From positions 20,026,001 through 20,090,000 of the forward strand of contig OZ024744.1 in NCBI GenBank assembly GCA_964016885.1: a stretch of DNA of 64,000 nucleotides, in the 5' to 3' direction. Under the pieces are notes generated by a model that ran no database searches, was not told the DNA's origin, and saw nothing but the letters and a program-made list of their open reading frames with translations. This document shows positions 26,973 through 38,133 of the stretch, piece by piece; the stretch's first letter is position 1, and each line of letters starts with the position of its first letter. The position numbers and the translations under genes are program-made. The stretch comes from Eledone cirrhosa (Eukaryota).

Positions 26973-27253
26973 CACCACCACCACCACTACTAACCACCAA
27001 CACAATCACAACAACCATCACCAACACCACCAACACTAACACAAATAACACGACCAACACCAACACCACCACCAACAGCACCAGCAACACCAACACCACT
27101 ACCGCCACCACCACCACCACCACTACCACCATCACCACTACCACCACCACCACTACCACCACCACCACCACCACCAACACCACCACCACCACAAACACCA
27201 ACACTACTATCACCACCACCACTACCACCACCACCACCACCACCACCACCACC

Positions 27254-27285
<32 letters not shown>

Positions 27286-27990
27286 CAACACCACCAACAC
27301 CACCACCACAACCAACTCCAACACTACCACCACCACCACCATCACTAGTACCACCACCACAACCACCACCGACACCACCACCACCGCCAGCAACACCAAC
27401 AACACCAACACCACCACCAACAACACCAACAACACCAACACCACCAACACCACCGACACCACCACCACCAACACCACCAACAACACCAACACCACCACCA
27501 ACACCACCACCAATAGCACCAACAACACCAACACCACCATCACCACCACCACCACCACCACCACCACCACCACCAACATTACTAACACCACCACCAAAAG
27601 CACCACCACCAACACTACTAACACTACCACCACCAATACCAACACCACTAACACCACCACCACCAAAACTGCCACCAAAACCACCACCACCAAAACCATC
27701 ACCATCAACATCACCACCACCACCACCACCACCACCACCACCACTACTAACACCACCACCATCAAAACCACCACCACAAACCACCACCACCACCACCACC
27801 ACTACCACCACCACCAACACCACCACTACCACCACCACCTCAACTACCACCACCACCACCACCATCACCACTAACGCGATCATCACCACCACCAACACCA
27901 TCATCACTAACACCATCACCATCACCATCACCATTACTAACACCACTACCCCCACACCACCAACGCCATCACAACAACCATCACAACTAC
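26705..27990. repeat. long degenerate (ACC/AAC)n tract
   Basis: About 1.3 kb; explains poly-V and poly-G ORFs 26674-28099. Confidence 0.92.
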
Positions 27991-28344
27991 TGCCTCCGGC
28001 CCACATCTCCTTGGATCGGATCCCGGCCATATCTCCTGTGTCCCCTTCTGCTGACATTTCGCCATTTGGATACCAGAGGTTTATTGTGTATTTAAACAAA
28101 ATGGAGATTTTGTTGACAGGATCTTGTTGGAACTCTTTCTTTCTAACTTATATTTAAGCACTTTCTTGAGTCTGGAAAGCACAACGTTGGTAGTTATGGT
28201 TACAATGACACGTCAACAGTAACATCGGCTTCGCCGCTAACACAACAAATCACGACTTACTCAGAGTTACTTCCCTTAACCTGCGTTAAAATACATACAC
28301 CATGTCTATGAAGCGGTATGGAGGAAGTTGTTACATAACATATA

Positions 28345-28532
28345 ACTGTTTCTACTTTTGGCACAAGGCCAGCAATAAACCAGTGTATTACTGGTACTTT
28401 ATTTTATCGACCCCGTAAGGATGAAAGGCAAAGTTAACCTCGGCGGGATTTGAACTCAGAACGTAAAGGGACGTAACTGTGCTAGAAAGCATGGCGTCCG
28501 GTCCTCTACCGATACTGCCAATCTACCACCGC
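28345..28532 (-). mobile_element. SINE family 1 copy with 15-bp target-site duplication
   Basis: Flanked by ttgttacataacatataac on both sides (about 28328-28346 and 28535-28553). Confidence 0.85.
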
Positions 28533-28677
28533 CTTGTTACATAACATATAACATTGGTACATAATACACTAATTTGTGTGACAGACGGAAAAAAAGGTTG
28601 ATATTATATTATAGACCTCGTAGTAAACATGTTCTCAACCGTACAAGATGGTTGAATGTAGTGGCATGGTAAAAATA

Positions 28678-28862
28678 ATTGTTTCTACTTTTGGCACAAG
28701 GCCAGCAATTAAACAGTACATTACTGGTACTTTATTTTATCGATCACGTAAGGATGAAAGGCAAAGTCAACCTCGGCGGAGATTTGAACTCAGATCATAA
28801 AGAGCCGTAACTCTTTGCTGCAAAGCATTGCGTCCTACTCTCTACCGATACTGCCAATCCAC
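28678..28862 (-). mobile_element. SINE family 1 copy
   Basis: Same consensus; aaaaataat repeated on both flanks. Confidence 0.8.
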
Positions 28863-30519
28863 AAAAATAATATACAGTGAAACGTTAGATTACACGCAAT
28901 CTTTTTTTACCTCTTTCTCTTACCCTCACTTCCTTTGTCTCTTACTCCCACTTCCTCTTACTCCCACTTTCTCTTTACCTAGCTATCTGTTTCACTCTCT
29001 CATTCTCTCTTTCTCTATGTGTCAGTATGTATCCTCCTCTTCCTATCCCTCTCAGTTTCCACTGCTCTCTCTCTTTCTCCATTTCTCCCCTTCTCTTTCT
29101 AACCCTTTCAGTTCCCATGTCTCTCTCTCTCACTTTATCTCTATCTCTCTCGGTCTCTCTCTTTCTCCCACCAGTCTTTGTTTCTATGTCTTCCCTCAAC
29201 CTCTGTCTTTTACTTAATCCCTGGGCTTACAGAATAGTAACCACATCCAAAATGTCTTTACTTTCCACACGCTTAATTAACTAAGCATAAATCAATAATG
29301 TCCTACATTGACACAATCCCATAAATCACTAACCGAGGTAGGAATAGCAGCCAAATCTACCCCCAAATCAAAATATCCAGTCCAATCCAGGGCCTTCTCA
29401 CTCCTGTTCGAGTAACCCCTCCCTGGTTGACTTCCACCACGTTATGTCAGGGGTGTAGCTGTACTCACCACGCTTGGTCAATTGTGGGATGGTGGAACTA
29501 TTTAATCCATAGTTGGGGGGTGGGGGGTGGGGGTGGATGGAGTTCATCTACCCTTTTAACAACTCTTGTTCTTTGTGCTGCTGTGCTTCCATTCAACTTC
29601 CTTATCAGTCCAGGGTCTGGTGGGGGAGCCGGTTTACTCACCAACCACTCGACCATGAAGCAGGTTGTATTAGGTTACATGGTCTCAATAGCAGGCAGAA
29701 GTCTGACGTGACCAATCTATACAGTTTTAAATATAGAAAGATACATTAAAGAATGCGATCCATAATATATAAAACGTCTGTATGATCATGACTGAAACTC
29801 TTTTGATCATAGGTCAGTACTGATCTGGGTCACTTTTGACCATGGTCAATGTTCAACAAGATTTAAATAACATAATTTGGGATGATGATGGATCTTGAAT
29901 GAGATCTACCGATTTACTAGAAATATTAACTGAATCTTCTTCAAAACCCATTCAAATGTATTATAAAAGTACAAATTAGACAATGTATTGGTGTATTTAG
30001 GAAAAAGGCCGCAGTGGTCATGATGGGAATACATTTGTCATATATCTGATCATTAAGAGATCAAACAATAACATTGTTTATTGATTTAAGGTAGACATTT
30101 GAAGCTACACAGATCTATAGTTTCTCTAGCCTAGCCTGAAACAATATTGGAATGGATCTCCGTCGGATTTCGATGTGAGTCTTCCCCTTGTTCGATCAAC
30201 GAAACAGCCTGCTCATGAAATTTATATGAAGTGGCTGAGCGTTCCATGGACTCGTGTAGCCTTAATGTAATTCTTAAGGATATCTAGCGCTGGCTGACAA
30301 ATTGTGTGAACTTATTGTGGGGAGACTTGTTAGAATCACTAACCTCTAACTAATACGTAACGCAGTATAAATATACGCAATATATGTTAGGTGGGGGTAA
30401 GTAAACCTACACTACTTTCACTTATTTTATTTGATTTTTACGGTAATTGATCTCAGAATGGTTAAAGCCTGAGTTTAAATTTGCGAGATTTAAACTCAGA
30501 ATGTAAAGTTAATGTTTTT

Positions 30520-30790
30520 CTCTAGCCCAGAGGCTCATCAAACCGGAACCTATCCTGGTTTAATGTGGAGTTAAACGAAACAGAGTACATACGATCCCTC
30601 CTGGACGCAACGCTAGTCCATCGCAAATGTAACCTTCAGCTGATGCGGGCACACATTTGCAACTAAATAAATTAGAGTGACGTTAAATGTAACGCCATAG
30701 TTTAAGACACAACGAGTCAGCTGGTCTTGGAATCGAATCCACTTAATTACGCTTCCTGAGCTGAACATCTTAACCATTAAGCCAGGCACC
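30520..30790 (-). mobile_element. SINE family 3, degenerate copy
   Basis: Homology to 24130-24377. Confidence 0.55.
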
Positions 30791-31304
30791 TTCTCTCTAA
30801 GTAAAGGAATGTAGGTAAGTACTGTGAGGAATGTTAATGAAACCTCCGCCTAGTCTCACATCTACGTCCTTTCTTCTCTAATAAGCAGCCATGTCAAGAG
30901 TCTGACCAGTTAATCATAGCATTGATCGCGAACTTTTAGCAACATCAGTAAGATTTGAATAATTGCGTATGTGATCTGAAGGTTTGAAAATATATTTCCT
31001 TATTATAATAATTAACATTTAATCTTGTCATTAATTAATTCCATTAATTAGCTATTCGTTTGTTAATTAATAACATATTTTCACAGTAGTCTAATGTGAA
31101 CTGCTACAATCGCTTTATATTTATGCCTTCATTTGCATTATTTATGCAAGAGGGTCGGGTGAAATAGGCTGACTAGGAAGGATTGTTGCTAGTGCTGTGA
31201 AATCTTACATGTATTAATTTCAACTCTTATTATTGATAACTGAATTGTTTGTTTCCGTGGACTATATTGAAAAATAAACCAGTCGACCCTCGTATTTTCA
31301 CCAG

Positions 31305-31760
31305 GGCAGTGGACTGGTTGTGTCGGTAGAGCGTCGGACAACATGCTTTGAAGCATATAGTTACGTCCCTTTACGTTCTGAGTTCAAATCCAGCCGAGGT
31401 TAGCTTTGCCTTTCATCCTTACAGGGTCAATAAAATAAAGTATCAGTAACACACTGGGGTCGATTAAATCGACTTTCCCCTCTCCAACAAAATATTTGCC
31501 CCGCCCCTAAATCAGAAACTGTTATTTATGTATATTCATATTTAAAAGGTACCAAATTGGTAGTCGTTAGTTCCAACAAAATGCATTGTGACATTTATTC
31601 CCGCTCTTTAAATACTCAGTTCAAATCCATCCCAGGCCAACTTTGCATCTCATCCTTCTGTAATCGATTAATTTAGTACCAGACATGTACTAGAATCGAT
31701 TAATCTATTTTCAATTCCCAGCCCACTAAAATTCTTGATCAAGAACCTAAATTAGAAACG
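31305..31760 (+). mobile_element. two tandem SINE family 1 copies (second older)
   Basis: GTCGGTAGAGCG..GAGTTCAAATCC..TTTCATCCTTAC..AGAAAC, repeated at 31555-31760. Confidence 0.75.
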
Positions 31761-33039
31761 CTATTTATAATGTACAGCTCAAACTTTTCTCTCTGGTTTT
31801 GAGATATAAAAACATTAAATTAAATTCCAGAACCAGTTTTTTCTGCGATGTGATGGTTTAACTAAATTATTTCTGGGTGGAACGGAAGACCGTGTCCGCT
31901 AAAATAGATGAGAAACAATTTTTCTCCTGGATACGATGTTAATCACTTGCAGTTAATTATGGAGTGTTCTTTTATATGTTTCTGGATATTATCAGTACTA
32001 CTGAGACAATATCCCTAAAGCATGACTGTAATTGTGTGTGTGTGTGAGAGAGAGAAAGAGAGAGAGAGATAGTTGAGAGAGAGAGATATGTGTGTGTGTG
32101 TGTGCGTGTGTGAGAGAAAGAGAGGGAGTGTGTGTGTGAGTGTGCGTGTGTGTGTGAATGTGTATGTATGTGGATTTGTGCATGTAAGTATGTGTTGTTA
32201 ACTTTAATCACTTGGTTAACCTTTAACGTCCTGTACCACCTGAAACTGCACTAATAAGACATTCTTGAATCACATAAAGCAGTAGTATGATTGCATAATG
32301 TTGCTGATTTTCACAGCGATCTGTTCATTAGTAAAGGCATTATATACATTTGAATTAACAAACCTGTTTTTAAGATATTTTTCTGCTAAATCATTATAAA
32401 ATGTTAAAGATTATTTGACATCATAACACTTCTCTGCAATAGAATTGATCTACCAACAACTATGTAAAGTCGTTAGAACGTCAGATTTAATGTTCTGTGA
32501 TATTCAAGCTGCCGTTACCATGAATTCAATTTTACAAAGTATCAGGGGTTAACCAGCAGCGACACTAAGAATGTAAAGGACTAAATTCGGTTAAACCCGA
32601 ATTGTAGGTGTGTATAGTAAGCCTTAGAGAAAACGAGGTGGTAGTTTCATTTTTTTAAATGGAATTAAGTGTATACAAGATACAAATCTGTTGCCCATGG
32701 ATAGGACACCAGTCTTTCTGAGATAAGATTTCCATATGATCTTACTGAAACCTATTACTTCTGACAATTGCTGTGAATTGCGATATGCAATATTAATGAA
32801 ACATCAATATACAATGGAATCGAAATGTCATTTACCATATCCTTTCGACTATTTTGCTTTTACTGTGGTAAATGCCCGTGATGCTGTGCACTTGACTCCT
32901 GATAGAGTTGTAGGGATGATGTCGTGATATACGGCATGTCCCGGGTATTTATACCCGGTGGAGACCATCCCTTTCTAGCTTGAGAAAAACCGATTTTTTT
33001 TCCCAGAGAAAGAAAGAGAGAAATAGAGATAGACAAAGA

Positions 33040-33200
33040 ACCGATCCTCAGTATTAGACTGGTACTTTATTTATTGATCTCGAAACAATGAAAGACAAAC
33101 TTCATTTGAACTGAGCAGGATTTGAACTCAGAGCACAGAGAGCCTGAACGATTATTATAAAGCATTATATCAGACGTTCTAACGGATCTACCAGTACGAA
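33040..33200 (-). mobile_element. SINE family 1, degenerate copy
   Basis: ctggtactttattttattgatc...ggatttgaactcag. Confidence 0.6.
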
Positions 33201-34164
33201 AGTGAAAGTTAGTTTGTGTGTATTTTTGGAAAGGTCAGCGTGACCTTTTTATGGAGGAAGTGCTTCAGTTTTATCACGTGATTTCAGATAAAGTCAACCA
33301 TTTTCCAATCAAATATAACTAATAATTATAAGCCCTTCCTGAGACCAATAGAGAAATATAAGAAGAACTTTAAAACATAAAACCTTAAATTTATGTGCCC
33401 TTTCAGAAATATCATTATACTCCTCTGGTGATAATGAAGCTTGTAGTAACAGTTACAATATGTCTGGCTGACGAGATCGAATGAGAAATAAACGTGTCTG
33501 GAGTTGCTGTCCTGTTTCTATGTCGAACGTCTCATATGTATCTTTCCAACGACTTGTTTTAAAGTGTCGTGCAATCTCGGCTCAATATTATGCAATACTC
33601 TAAGACTATGTGCTCCTCCTTTGACATTTCTGAATATCAACTATTTACAAGTTATTGTTCCTATTATTGTTCAGCCTAAGCTCAATTAGGTTTGTGTTGA
33701 TCAATGATCAAATAAATGTTAACCATAACTAACCCGGTTTTTTTGTTCAGTCATAGTGTATACCGGATTACGTTGTTCAATGTGCCCGAAGTTTTAAGAC
33801 AGTAGAGTGTAGTTTAAGGGAGATGTGCCTGTTATTTCTAGCAGACTTGGAAACCGCATGGAGGCTGGCCTGTGCGCTACGCTGATGAATACTTTCACAA
33901 AACATGTCGGCGTTAATGTTTTCTTGCATTCTTTATCTCGTGTCCTTGAGTTCTGAGTAGGCATTCTACCGAGCACATCTTTGCCTTCCACTCTTTCGTG
34001 AGTCGATAGATAAAATATTAATCTAAGGTAGACTGGCAGAATCATTAGACACGTTGGTCTGAATGATGCATGGCGGTACTTGTTCCAGTTACTTGCGTTG
34101 GGAGTTGAAATCCCCTCGTGGCATATACGTTTGTTACGTCACCCAGTTTAACACCACCACTTAC

Positions 34165-34311
34165 CTGGCACTTCTGTGCCAATAGCGGAGTTCACTTGAG
34201 GCAGGTCGGGTTTCGGTTTGAGAACACATTCCTCTCTCCCTTCCTTCTTCCCTCCGTCTCACCAGTCTTGGAAGCCATGAAAAGCAGCATGCGCGCTGCC
34301 CTTTCTCCTGA
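34165..34311 (-). other. candidate spliced host exon (coding status unknown)
   Basis: Long polypyrimidine tract plus TAG acceptor, perfect CAG|GTAAGT donor, 147 nt, one open frame (QEKGQRACC...YWHRSA). Confidence 0.45.
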
Positions 34312-34610
34312 CTAAGCGATAATAGAAGAGAGAAAGAAAAACCGAAAATACAGACAATTTCATCACACCTCACATTTGTTTTTAAAAATAACATCTGGCT
34401 TTGGGACTATACAAAGAAATTCGAAATTTCCCAACAACACATATGGCGAAAATCAGGGCGAATTTTATTTGCTTTTTTTAATCTTTTACCAAATCCAGTC
34501 ATTAGACTGAGGTGATACTGGGGCATCGCCTTGATTCAAGATTGGCACATCATTTATCGATCTTTTCCTATCGAATTGCTGACCAGAGATTAAGTCACAA
34601 ACGAAAACAG

Positions 34611-34666
<56 letters not shown>

Positions 34667-34834
34667 GAAAGCAAAAGGGATATTTAATTTGTTGGTAATT
34701 CATAATAAATGTTTATAACTGATTCGAAGCACTCGATAGGTTTTCTGGAGTATAATATTCAATGATATTAAATAAATGAAAACTATATTTATAAAACCAT
34801 ATTTATTCTATTATATATATTTCAGAAAAATGCA

Positions 34835-35520
34835 ATCTTTCTTTCAGGAATACAGAAAGATTGCATTTAGTGAACATATCGCCAATTGTGCCCACAACCA
34901 ACATCCAAACTTTAAAATTTTCCCCATTTACAAATTCATAGACAACGCTTCTTTCATCCAACGTACCAATAAGGAAACATATTTCATTAATAAATTTCAA
35001 CCCCTACTTATAGCTCTAAAAATCGGACCAATCTAAAACTGCAACAAACAATCAAACATTTACAAGAGTTACCTCCATCACACCCTACCTAATCCTTTTT
35101 CTTAAATAAATTAAATATCATCCAGCAATAATTGCTTCCCCCTGCATATTAACTCTCTAAAAAGGGAAATCATATCAAACCATTTGCCTCCATCACGGAA
35201 TCATGGATCAACTAAGCACTCTTGCTATATTAACACACTTTGATCTGCTTAACTTCAATGACTTTGCTTGTAAATAACATTAATTTTTCTTCTCCATTGA
35301 CTTTTTATGTCCCACATTATGCACGTTCTTTTTCCTTTTTCTTTTTTCTTTTCACTTCTTAAACCTTGTTTGTAAATAACATTATTCTTTCTGCACCTTC
35401 TGTTTAACATGTGCGACACCACACTATCATTTGATAAATCACTATCATTTGATAATGCATAAAAATGCTGAAACCGGTAATAGACAATAATTAAATATAT
35501 AAATAGCTAAATAAATGTCA
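34835..35520 (+). mobile_element. Penelope-like element 3' fragment (GIY-YIG tail plus hammerhead)
   Basis: SEHIANCAHN..FKIFPIYKF..RTNKETYFINKFQPLL resembles the PLE GIY-YIG C-terminus; downstream TTGATAA-tGCAT-AAAA-ATGCt-GAAA-CCGG-TA at 35449-35479. Confidence 0.7.
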
Positions 35521-35680
35521 TTGTTAAATAATAACTAAATCAACTAATACCTTAACACTTAACACAACGTAAAACATTTCGTTTTAATCATTTTCTAATC
35601 CAGAAAAAAGAGAGAGAGAAACAAAAAAGGAGAAAAAAAAGGTTTCTTCCTAATAACCGTCTCTTTCTCCCTGTTTTCAC

Positions 35681-35742
<62 letters not shown>

Positions 35743-36061
35743 ACAGTGAGTATATACGTGAATATATTTATTTATATCCATTATATTTTTTGGGGTGTTT
35801 TCTTTTTGTTTAAAACGGTTATTTTCTTGTAATGTTCTGGTTAGGTGCATCCATTGGATCCTAGGCCCGTCATTGGTCATTCTATCGGCTTGTTTGTGTC
35901 TGGCTGGGAAACATTTGTAATAATAAATCTCATATATATCATCTCTACTTTGTTTTTATTATATAAACTCTGCTCTGTATTGAGTGCTGACATTGCTAAT
36001 CTGACTGGTTTTCTCCGGACTTACTGAACAGTTTTCATCGGACTTACTGAAACGTTTGCAC

Positions 36062-36099
<38 letters not shown>

Positions 36100-36118
36100 G
36101 TGTGTGTGTGCATTTAGA

Positions 36119-36216
<98 letters not shown>

Positions 36217-36235
36217 CGTATGTGTGTGTGTGTGG

Positions 36236-36268
<33 letters not shown>

Positions 36269-36344
36269 CATTTATATATATAGATATAACTTCCATATCT
36301 TTGATAGGTTTCAGCCAGTTTTGACCTAGACCATGTTTAACTCA

Positions 36345-36570
36345 ATAGCACCGACGAGCCATTGATTACAGAGTCGGGCTAGATCGATACAGATCAATAG
36401 CGAAACGCGCGTCACCAACCAATAAACGTAATGAAGGAGAAACCATTCATCCTTGTATTATTATAATACACTCTGTCTAGCTCTACACCTCGATACCGAC
36501 GTGAACTTAAACATCGAGTGCTCACCCTGGTGAACCTACAGTAACTCCGCGTTACACTCCCTGGATATAT
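36345..36570 (+). mobile_element. solo PLE pseudo-LTR with hammerhead-like motif
   Basis: Homologous to 57401-57640; CCGACGA-GCCATTGAT...ATCAATAGC-GAAA-CGCGCG-TC. Confidence 0.65.
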
Positions 36571-36752
36571 ATATATAAAACATGAGAAGAAAGAGGAATA
36601 CTGGTTGCACATGGGTTACATATTATAAAATTAGTCCCTCGTCAGTGATTTGCCAACCATCATTGGTATTTCATCGCATTAAAAATCATATACCTCAGGT
36701 TGGTGCGAGCAATAACTAAAAAAAGCTATTGGGACAAGTGAGTCGCGTAAAG

Positions 36753-36819
<67 letters not shown>

Positions 36820-37145
36820 ACTGCCTCAGATTCTCTACACGTATCTATGTATGTTTCGAATATGGCTTTTCATGTTAGCACTATATCGACCACACCATCC
36901 TTATATAGACACTTACTCACCACCACCACCACCATCATATTCTGTACTTATATGCTCACTTACCTTTATTTGTTCATATTTTTATTATTTTTCCATTTTC
37001 ATACTTTCTTATTGTATCTTTTTTCTTATTTTTACATTTTACATCTGTAACTTCTTTACCTATGTATCATATATATTATTATTGCTGTTATTGTTTTGAT
37101 TCTTCACTATTTCTCTATATATATTACGCCATGTATGAATTCTTT

Positions 37146-37256
37146 GTATTCTGAGGATTTGATCGGAGGTAAATAATGTATTGGAGATCGAGTGGCGCAA
37201 CTTCGAGCGATTAGCGGTCTTTAGACTGACCCGATCAATAAAACAATTGTTAATAC
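37146..37256 (+). ncRNA. type I hammerhead-like motif with about 65-nt stem II insertion
   Basis: GTATT-CTGAGGA-tTTGATCGG...CCGATCAAt-AAAA-CAATTG-TT-AATAC: stems I and II pair, stem III is palindromic, GAAA box mutated to AAAA. Confidence 0.6.
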
Positions 37257-37332
37257 CTGAAATAAAGCCCCTTGTTGTACAGCCGACCATGTTACTCTTC
37301 GATCTTTCACTATATATATATTATTATTATTG

Positions 37333-37525
37333 GCAGTATCGGTAGAGGGTTGGACGCCATGTTTTCTAGCATAGCTACGTCCATTTACAGTCTGAGCTCA
37401 AATCACGCCGAGTTTAACTTTGCCTTTCATCCTTACGGGGTCGATAAAATAAAGTACCAGTAATGTACTGGGTAATTGCTGGCCTTGTGCCAAAAGGAGA
37501 AACAATTATTATTATCATTATAATT
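37333..37525 (+). mobile_element. SINE family 1 copy with (ATT)n tail
   Basis: GGCAGTATCGGTAGAG..TTTCATCCTTACGGGGTCGATAAAAT..GGCCTTGTGCCAAAAGGAGAAAC-aattattatt. Confidence 0.8.
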
Positions 37526-37526
37526 A

Positions 37527-37890
37527 TTAGGAAAATGAGGGTAGAGAGGGAAGTGCTCTCTTCCCAGCATTTTGTTGAAAGATGGGTGAGAGAGGCAAGA
37601 ATGGCCCGAGTGAATGGGCCTACTCTGAGTATGTGTCTGTAAATTAAAGGTGGAAAACTGGGAGAGGGCACTTGCCCTGGTGGTCAGGGTCACTGTGGCT
37701 TTTTAATGGGCTTTCTCCACGAATATCCCTCGGAAGTCTCCCCCTATTGGGGAATTTTTTCATTGTTCTATTATTACATCCTCTGTTTCTTGTTTTTTAC
37801 ACGCAGAAATGCCCATTTGTACCGCCCTGTATTGTCCTGTACTGTCCTTCATGTCTACTCTATGTAGACCCTTGTGGTTAATACAGAAAG
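37527..37890 (+). mobile_element. Tx1 copy F (5'-truncated, same subfamily as H)
   Basis: Closely matches 49165-49530; flanked by (ATT)n. Confidence 0.88.
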
Positions 37891-38133
37891 CATTATAATT
37901 ATAATTATTATTATTATTATTATTGTTCTGTTCGGACGTCTTTTTGACTCGCTCCCAGTAAGTCGCTTTATTTGCCTGTTAAAATTATTTGTTGTTAAAT
38001 ATTTCTTGTTGTGTAAGGGATATAAGCCCTTAGAGTTTGCCCTGTGAAGGGGAAAGTATAATATTTGGGCCTTTTGGCCCAAATATTTGAACTTTTTTTT
38101 ACATGTTAACAAATTTACGGAGAAAAAAATAAC

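Noticed and set aside
26674-28099. 367- and 369-aa poly-Val and poly-Gly ORFs resembling structural proteins
   Set aside because: Arise from an (ACC)n tract that is open in several frames; no signal peptide or coherent repeat unit.
34165-34311. Selenocysteine read-through in the frame FQDW*DGG
   Set aside because: No selenoprotein similarity or SECIS recognised; another frame is open.
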